NCBI GenBank assembly: GCA_965285935.1
Contig: OZ260667.1
Span: 30,318,001-30,382,000, forward strand
Source of the DNA: Ophelia neglecta
Lineage: Eukaryota
Direction of reading: 5' to 3'
DNA: 64,000 nucleotides
The position numbers and the translations under genes are program-made. Shown here in pieces: positions 55,801-64,000 of the stretch. The notes beneath the pieces were generated by a model that searched no databases, was not told the DNA's origin, and saw only the letters and a program-made list of their open reading frames with translations. How positions within the stretch are numbered: the stretch's first letter is position 1; every line of letters begins with the position of its first letter.

Positions 55801-56139
55801 CTACCTATGATACAGTCTAGTAGAGAAAGCTATCTGGATAGAATTTCAATCAATCCTGGGTAAATCCGATCTGTAGCACTTGGACGATGAAGGTCAGTCT
55901 TCCCGAGCTGCTGAGGCGCCTTTGGACCGAGTATACCCTGTCATAAAAAAACATCAACCATACATACGATAGGGCGGCCATTATTACGCGGCTTAGTCTT
56001 CAGGTGTAAAACCAGATTCAATGTATTTCACTTACCATATAATTTTTAGTTGGGGAATATCAAAGCCCGTTCTTCCGCCAACAAACAAGTCGATATCCCA
56101 TTTTGTATATTTCTTTATCATTAAATGGTATAACAGAGG

Positions 56140-58200
56140 AACACTATACTACTTTCATTACATGAACATATTTGCAGTAATGTGAACGAGCAAAAAACTT
56201 AAAAGCTACAAAAAAAATCTTTAGAATGCAGACAAAGGGTAGTAAGCGAACATGCAAACAAAATTGTCCAGCTGAAACTTTGCTTAACATTAAACATGCG
56301 GATTGGCATAATCTCCAAGTATACACACCAGGTGACAATTTCCAAACTACTCCAAGATATGGTGGTGGGTTATATCTTTACTCAAGGAGAATTTAAATTG
56401 ATTCGTCCGAAAAGAGATTAAATAAATCGACTGTCTTGAAAGGTTTTTGTTGAAGTTGGAGGAAGGGGTCATCTCAACAGTGCAATTGGTAATATTATTG
56501 TTGGTGGAGTTCATCGCCAATTTTAACACTGATGTTCTTAATTCTAATACCAATCCGAATACACATGACTTGTAGAACCAACGTTTACATACTCAATGGT
56601 ACCCTTCATCACTAAGCTTGCCAGTGTCAAATCATCTGCGACGTTGATCGACAGTATTATTATTCACAACTATTTTAACCAGAACCACGATTCATTTCAC
56701 GGCATTTATGCATAAACCGACCAGTTTTTTTTATATGGACGATTCGTTAAGATACACTTATGTCTTACTACAAAATGTCGAATAAATTTTAATCTGTTCA
56801 ATATGAATACATCTTTGCTGCATTATCTTATTATATTTGACACCAAGTAATTCGAACTACTAACTCTCAAGAGGCCAAGGCTTATGCCTACAGGTTTTTT
56901 CTTGATTTGCAATACTTGTTTTTCATAGCTAATAAGATAATAAAAAAAACTTAATTAATGTATTGTGAACCTATATCTTAAAATCTCATTTGTAAAGGTA
57001 AGCTAAACTGTTTTCTACGAGTAGCTGAAACCACTACGAAAAATTGATCCAAACAAATGAGAGTAATTTCCGTGAATCACGGCAAGATATAAAGAAGTGA
57101 TAAATAGAAAACGAAGCTTTAATAACAACGGCGAATTTCGGATGAACGAGCAATTTGTATCGAATAAAGATATCACTGCTGGCAAATTTAGTAATTTGTT
57201 AGCGAATATTAGCCCGACTATAGCAAGAGCTATCCACGATGTTGAATGTTCTTCCCTTAGATGTGTAAGTTCCGAAATTAAGTCATGTACTTACATCAAG
57301 CTGTAGACTGCAGCGTTCTTTTTAGCGGCTTTAAAATATAATAACTCAGATTCTATTTTTTTCTAAAATCGTTAAACAAACTAAGCAATTTTTTAATTAC
57401 GCATGCTATTAACCAATTTTTAAGACAAGGTATATTTCCTCAAATTTGATGTTAACCGTGACTTTCCCTGTGTTGGCTTTTTCCAACTAGACCTATATAT
57501 TATTCAACCTACAATTTGTTTTTAATGAGCCGAGGTCTAAAAAACATAGCTTAGATTTGCTTATTGATAAAATTGCTAGTTCTGTTGATAATAATGACTG
57601 TGTCCTGGCTTTTTTCCTTAGGTTTTCTCAAACTGGAAAGGAACGGAGTTAGAAGCAGTGCACTTGATTGGCTCAAAAGGTATCTATATAAAAGACACCA
57701 ATCAGTTTATTCTAATTGGTCGCCTACAAGATATTTGGCAATTACTTGCAGTCCCCCTTACATTTGATCCCTAACCATAATGATTTTTTTTATTGACGGG
57801 TGTTCCTTCCGTTTTTTTATTATTATTTCATTTTGCTGACTCTTGACAAGGGCATCGGAGATAATATGGTAGATACAGTGAATACAGAGACTTTAGAACT
57901 GTTTACTTGGTTAGCAATTAAAAAAATTAATTTTGAATAAAAAACAAAACAAAAAAGGATGGTTTTCAAACCCAAATGGAAAAGTGACTTTACACAACGA
58001 CTTGTTTATTAATGCGCAGAAAATTATTCACATGGTAAACTATACGCAATTCTAAGATGTTTCAACTGCTTCCTCATCAACATGGGTAGACCACATTCAA
58101 CCTCCCAATAGGGGATCTTTACATAACCACTCGTCAAATATTCATATATAAATTATTGCATGGCCTTATTCCATCAGTTTTGTCCCCTTTTGTATTCAAT
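56140..58200 (+). mobile_element. Decayed LINE ORF2 (APE endonuclease + RT), CR1/L2 group
   Basis: Continuous ordered motifs: RYGGG..LLKEN; NIIVGGVHR; NFNTDVL; MVPFITK..SSATLIDSI; KLNCFLRVAE..HYEKL; KEVINRKR...AGKFSNLLANISPTIA; RQGIFP; LLIDKIASSVDNNDCVL; KLERNGVRSSALDWLKRYLYKRHQ..ITC; FAD; TWL..K; TWVDHI. Many stops, frameshifts and deletions. Confidence 0.85.
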
Positions 58201-58429
58201 GCCCTCATTCATAAATAGGCAGCTAGGCAGATAAATTAATTCCATACACTCTTGAGATCTGACCAAAACAAACTTTGATGTGTTAGATATCAAGCCATTT
58301 CTTCATACAACGAATCTTTTAACACGATCATGCATTACTATTTTCGAAAAATGTTATAATTACAATTGAAGCATTGTTTTAACTATGCTTGTTCAACAGT
58401 AATCTACTTATGGTAAATAAGACGATATT

Positions 58430-59100
58430 GGCACACTGCATCTAAAACAAATATTTGTTTCAAATAGCAATCCTTTTTTCGAACCTGATAGGGACAATTA
58501 TATATACTTTTTAAGAATCCTGCATCCATACCTACCTTACTGCATAAACGAACTACATGTCTGATTATTTTGTGCCAAGATAGTATGAAAAGTGCAAACA
58601 TTTTAGAATTAAATTCATCAGGAAGAAAATTTGCTGGCACAGTAACAACAGCTTATTCCAATAATTACCTTCCTATAATTAGAGTTCAATACGTGTGTTA
58701 AGGGCTTGTTCTGTTTAAAATAGTAAATTATTTGAGAAAAAAAAGATAAGAAATAACTCTTGTAAAAAGAACAAAATGAGCGTTTCGTTGTGACAATTCT
58801 TCCCAAATGACAACAAAACAAACTTTGGCAAAGCCAAAAAGTAGAAGCGTTTAATTCTTAAACTGCTTGTCTTAAATATTGTATTTTGATAACAACATTT
58901 GGACTGAATGGCCATTTTGACTTATTTTATTGGAACAATGGTTTAGGGGAGAGACAGAGATGTTGAGGGTGGCTATTAATACATTAATGGATACGGCTCG
59001 ATTTGGTTTTGTTTTCTTTATGTTGATTCCCGTGTTCCACTTTGAATCGGGGTTAATGCGCATTATTTGAGTAATCAACGTTTAACTTAATCGTTTGGTG
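58430..59100 (-). mobile_element. Second LINE 3' fragment, opposite orientation
   Basis: INIKKTK (LNIxKTK), SLRIKRF, NFLPDEFNSKMF (LLPxxFxxMF) and SIYNCPYQVR (IWNxLPxxIR), in order. Confidence 0.5.
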
Positions 59101-60779
59101 ACTTTCTTTCAAATGTTCAATTTACAATTTAAGCATTTGTCAAACATAATTAGTCACCGCCAAGCATCCAGACCAGGAAACTCGATAAGCCGCTACACTC
59201 AATTTTGCTGCATATATAACTTTTTCGACATGTTTAGTCTGTGATCTTCAAATTATAATAATATAGCAGTATAGACTTTCACCTATTGACTTTTAGGCAC
59301 CATAGAACACTGTTGACTACTTCTCGTTGTGCAAGCTATATTTTAAGTTTTCTATTCTTTATTTTGCTCTTCAAGTGTATGTTTTCTGTTTGGGAGCTGG
59401 ACTGATGTAATGATGTGATTGGGCCTGTGCCCGCTGGTTACCGGTGATTTCGGTGATGATTCAATGGACTGTTCTAGATTATTCCATCTGTTCTGTCTCC
59501 AATCCCGTTTGTTTGATATAAAAATACTATTTTCTGAAGCAGTTTGACGCGGATTTGTTGTGTACTATAGGCCAGGGTTGTGACGGGGTAATAATGGGAA
59601 GGACATGTACATTTTCAAAGTAGCCAGTCCTTATGCCTGGCTAAAATAACATTCGAAAGGACGTGTAATTTCAATCGTAGCCGTTGGGTTTTGTGCCATA
59701 TTTTTTTGTGTGATAAAAAAGCGAACCCTGGATGCCGCTGGGTAGGCTTGTCGCACGTTTCGCTGCATCTATAAAACACAGCATCTCAACAGGCCCTGGC
59801 TGATACTGTTTTTACATGCTTTCGCTTATACCAGTGTACAGTCCGGGCCGATCCGCCTTTTCGGTCGACCGATGTTTTGCGGTTAACAGTGTATCTCCGG
59901 ATATATTCCGGATGTATATGTACATCAGTGATATCTCGTGCCAACAATATGGCCCTACCAGTCTGCAAACAACACGAAATATAAATGTAGAGTTCCATTT
60001 TTGAATTGACACATTAAACCTTAGTTTTAAAAAATCCGCAAGTGTATAAGACTAGCGTAAACAATCTAAAAAAAAATATGTACATTTTTTAGCGCATAAT
60101 TGCAAGTGAAACAAAATCAATAGATTTGGCATGTTGGCAAATATTAGCAATGATACACATCATATTCTAGTTTAATATGTTCGCATAGCTTTTCGGGCCT
60201 TTTGAACAAAGTGTTTTTTAACGAAGAAACAGGAAATAAGTTCATTAGAACGGATCCTGTTAGTTGATGTCGAGAAAATGACATTAGCCTAGGGAAGTTC
60301 CTGTCGCATTTGCTGACGTGTTTCGGAGTGGCAGATGGGGTCGGTCGGGTAGAAGTTGTCGACTGTCGTGACAGGCGGCACAGGGAACAATCCTCCATCC
60401 CCGGGCTGCAATCAATCTCCACGCTCAGGCGTCCCGGCTTGAATAGAAATCTGATAGAGAATGAAATTTATGGTACAGGACTCCAATCAAATACATGATT
60501 TCTGTTATGGGGGTCGACCACTCTAAAATCATTATGTTCAATATCTATTTATTTAATTTCACACTGTATGATGGACAAACAAGAATAATTATGTTGCAGT
60601 TTGAGATTTGGTACATCATGTTAGATAAGATCGGTTTGTTTCGACCATGTACAGCAAAGCACATCGTCGCGAGTTTATTGTACTCGGGCTTGCTGCATTG
60701 TCTGTCGTTTTCGTGTTATTTGTGTCGACAATTATTTAAAGTGAATCGGGTTAAGCCATAACAATTTTGAGGCACCAGC

Positions 60780-61270
60780 ACAATTGGCCTACTCCGCGAA
60801 AAAGACTGATTGGATTGCTTTGACTTGGCCTTAGATTGTTGTCACGATTCGTGGACTGATTCTTCAAAGAATTAGGCCATCACGCAACACACTCAGTACA
60901 TGCTCGGGCCATGGTTTGACCCATCCCTCGCCCGAGTGATTGATGATGTTGTTTATTATGGGTGCAAAGAAGCTCGAAGAAACCTTTATGTTGTCCACTC
61001 AGGAAGAAAGGTGGGGTTGAGGGTGCACTCTTTGAGGAAAGCTGGTATGAGTGTGCCCCAGGCCTCTGTTTGGCTGATTATTAGCCAAGCTGCTCCCTTC
61101 TGACACTGATTATCAATGACCAGAGGCTGTAAGTGGGCGGTAATTAATGTAGATATTTCAGCTGATCACTGTTGAGGCCACGTGTTCCAGGCTACTTGGA
61201 GGTTACCCAGGCTGGGAGGTTCCTGCGTGGACTCCTTCCAGGAGGCAGACATTTGGGGCTTTAACATCCA
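60780..61270 (-). mobile_element. Penelope-like RT remnant
   Basis: CLLEGVH..QPG*P (YLLPKIH..PGRP), EISTLITAHLQPLV (ISxxLDxHLQPLV), TLN..FFLSGQH (LTxNxFxFxGxHY) and FAPIINNI (FAPxYANL). Confidence 0.55.
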
Positions 61271-62269
61271 TCAATTATTGTGGCTGGCCCATGACTTATT
61301 ACCAGCCGGTTTTTCTCGTCAGCAGTCAATATGGGTTCTCTTTAGGCATTTTAGATATATTTAGGTCCTTATTTTACGTCAAATATCACACGAGTAATAA
61401 GCTGCACATTTGATTATCAATTATAGCAATGAATCTCATCTGGATATCAATTTAAACAGAGCTATCCCCTCGAAAGTTTATTTTGGTGTGCTTAGAACCA
61501 GTTTCCAATCATCTTTAGTATAGGGAAATTTGTAACGGTGTGCGATTCTGTAGATTTATAAAGTAGTTAATATAAGCTTACTAATTAAGAGCTGGACATC
61601 CCCTGGTGCATTTTCGGCGCTCCCTTCATGTTAAAAAATTGGCATTATTTGTTTACTGGTGTTTTATTCACACATGGTTGAGAAGATAATACCTCCTAGC
61701 ATTACATTAAAGGCTTTCTTCGTGCCATGCATACAACAATCACGGGAACGAAAATTTACAAATCAATTACATACAGTCCAGCTTTGAATGAACAACGTTT
61801 GCTTATCGTTATCAATCTCTATGAGGCATTGGTTTCCACATAACTATATCATTCCAACGATTGGTATTCGTACCATGCACATGTTCCAGTGTAACGCTCC
61901 TCGAATTTTGACATTTTAGGCCACTCTGGACTTTAATTTGGGTGGCCCCCTCAGTTCGCCATTTGACACTGTTGATATTTGGGTTAAAGTTAGCTTACAG
62001 TTTGCAAAATGATGCCAAGGAACACTAAAAAGGCTATATTATATGTAAATGATTTGTAAAACAGGTACACAACCCCGCAAAATCGAAAATACATCCCCCC
62101 CATCATTTTCTTCGAATTTCTCATTATAAGGTAGGCCTATAATACCACAATGTATTACCCAAAGTCTCAGTCTACAGAGATGTATCAACAATGAAGGTGG
62201 TAATTGGCCCGGAGCCTACCATATTAAAACTTCCTACGTATACACGCAGCCACAATTTGTTGTTATATC

Positions 62270-62680
62270 GGCTTAGAGTTGACTGTTTTACTCGAAAATT
62301 GGTTTTGGAGGAAATTCTTGAATTTATTGAACACTAATTAATAAGGGAAGGATCAATCTTCCAACAAACCCACATATGTAGGCTGAGACAAAAGTTATTT
62401 ATTCTTGTGTTAATTCACGTTATAGAGATGGCAAAAAGCCCTACTAATGCTGGGGACTACTTAAAAGCCTTGCTTCCACTATGTATTTAAGGGTAGCACA
62501 TATTTCCTATGTATGGAAAATAATAAAGGATTTTACACTGTGCTGATGACAATATCGTTATGGTAAGTCCAGAACAGTCACTACAATTATTTCTAAAATG
62601 GTGGATAGTTTTTATATTGCATGAGGACTCCTATTAAGCAAATCAAAGACTTACGCAATGTTGCTAGGCTACTGAAATAC
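62270..62680 (+). mobile_element. Non-LTR RT catalytic region remnant (RTE/RTEX-like)
   Basis: GDYLKALL (QGDxLSPxLF), ILHCADDNIVMVSPEQSLQLFL (ILLYADDIVLxAxxxxxLQxxL) and LLSKSKT (LxVNxxKT). Confidence 0.6.
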
Positions 62681-63489
62681 AGAAAAAAGTGAGGTAGCAT
62701 AAAGATTATATCCTGATAATATAATCAACCTTCTGGTGGATACTATTTGTGCTTCTGAACGAGCCAGGAAATGTAATGAAAATTGGACGAATACTATAAG
62801 AGTCCGTAAGAGTATAATACGAAACTGGTCAAAAAAGAAAACTATCATTATGTTGTAAAACTATTATCATTAGATATTTTCTTTTTTCGCAGTGGACATA
62901 TAAAATGCAGTGTATAAAAATACCCAAACAAAATGCTAGATCAACTAAATTCTATGGTTTCAAATGTCTGTGGTCAAATAAAAGGTTAAGTGGTAAAAGA
63001 GCCAATGAAAGAGTGCCAAGAAACATTGTTGTTCAGGGAGTTTGCGAGGGAAGGCGAGGAATGCCAGACATGCATGTTGTTCCTAGTCCATTTCAGTTAA
63101 CATAGATCCCTAGCCTACAAGCACATGAAGATGCAATTTGGAAATATCTACATGAGGTCGAGTTTTTCCTATTTTGGTGAAAACTTAAGTGTTTTCAACG
63201 GCAACGTCAACTGTGCCAGATTTAAGAGACATGAATTGGCCAAAATCAATTGCATATTTTGTGCAACGGTTCTTCTGGATGTATGGGGTCTTAACCTTTT
63301 GGTACAAACGGTATTATTTCCAGTGCATTATTTATTAACACTTTTTTTACATATGATAGCTCGCCTTTTTTTTTATAAAAAGATTGGTACAAAATGTGTA
63401 CAAGCTAATAAAGCACTTATCCTAGTAGAAAAATTGTGTGTCAAAAAACTAAAATATGGGAAAGCCTAAAATGATATGGCTACATATGA

Positions 63490-63900
63490 ACAGGTAAACT
63501 GTATATATATATTCAGAAAAGCCCAGACCCGCAAGCTGAAGAACCCACCCATAATCAGAGGACACCTGGCAGAGCAAACCACAACGGACACTCCCGTTGA
63601 AATTTGTGACATGTATCGGTTGCCTTTTTTTTGTCAACTCGTAGTTTTGCGCATCCTCCGAAAACAATACATGATTTCCAGCTAGTGTCTCGTATCCTTT
63701 ATTCCGGTAATTTAGCCGGTGGTTTCGTATTAAAAACAAGACTTTGCAGGAAGGGTCGGTTATATTTTATCTTCTGATGTTTAGACAATGCTGCTGGGAC
63801 CTCAAGGCCATTCTTGCAAATGGCTCTCTCATGTATCATTAATAAAGAGTTGAACGGAACAAACCGTTTCCAAGGCTGTTTTCTATGCCAAGGGCACTCT
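63490..63900 (+). mobile_element. Penelope-like RT remnant
   Basis: IYIFRKAQTRKLKNPPIIRG...EICDMYRLP (FYxLPKIHKxLxNPPGRP...DxxLxP), LVS..LYS and FQGCFLCQG (FxGxFYxQxxG). Confidence 0.45.
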
Positions 63901-64000
63901 TGCCAGACTGAAAGTTATCTGGTTATTACAGGGCTTGTAGAGAGTATAATCGCAGGTTGTGGTAGGGACAGTTGGCAGGAAATTCTCCCATTTGCAAGCA

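Noticed and set aside
1-64000. A novel multi-gene system
   Set aside because: No intact genes, co-oriented ORF clusters or structured RNA arrays are visible. The ORF track is consistent with chance ORFs plus TE remnants.

Overview
AT-rich eukaryotic DNA (roughly 38% GC by eye) with no intact protein-coding gene, rRNA, tRNA, CRISPR array or operon. The longest ORF is 162 aa and none is a credible full gene. By eye, across frameshifts and stops, the window reads as intergenic or intronic sequence filled with heavily decayed transposable elements. These include non-LTR retrotransposons (APE endonuclease/RT, best at 56.1-58.2 kb), about eight Penelope-like RT or GIY-YIG pieces, Gypsy and BEL/Pao pol remnants, a possible hAT fragment, two small non-autonomous DNA elements and weak tRNA-derived SINE heads. 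The repeat types and recurring TAGGCCTA sites suggest a marine invertebrate, possibly an echinoderm (inference only). The only host-gene-like signal is a degenerate sialidase (NEU1-like) Asp-box fragment at about 49.66-49.92 kb. I found no support for a new functional biological system. The most notable property is that all fragments are similarly eroded and several retroelements are telescoped, with domains in order but spacers missing. That fits either old deletion-biased decay or a non-natural (generated) sequence, and should be checked by mapping. All family calls come from remembered motif patterns, not searches, and coordinates of decayed elements are approximate.
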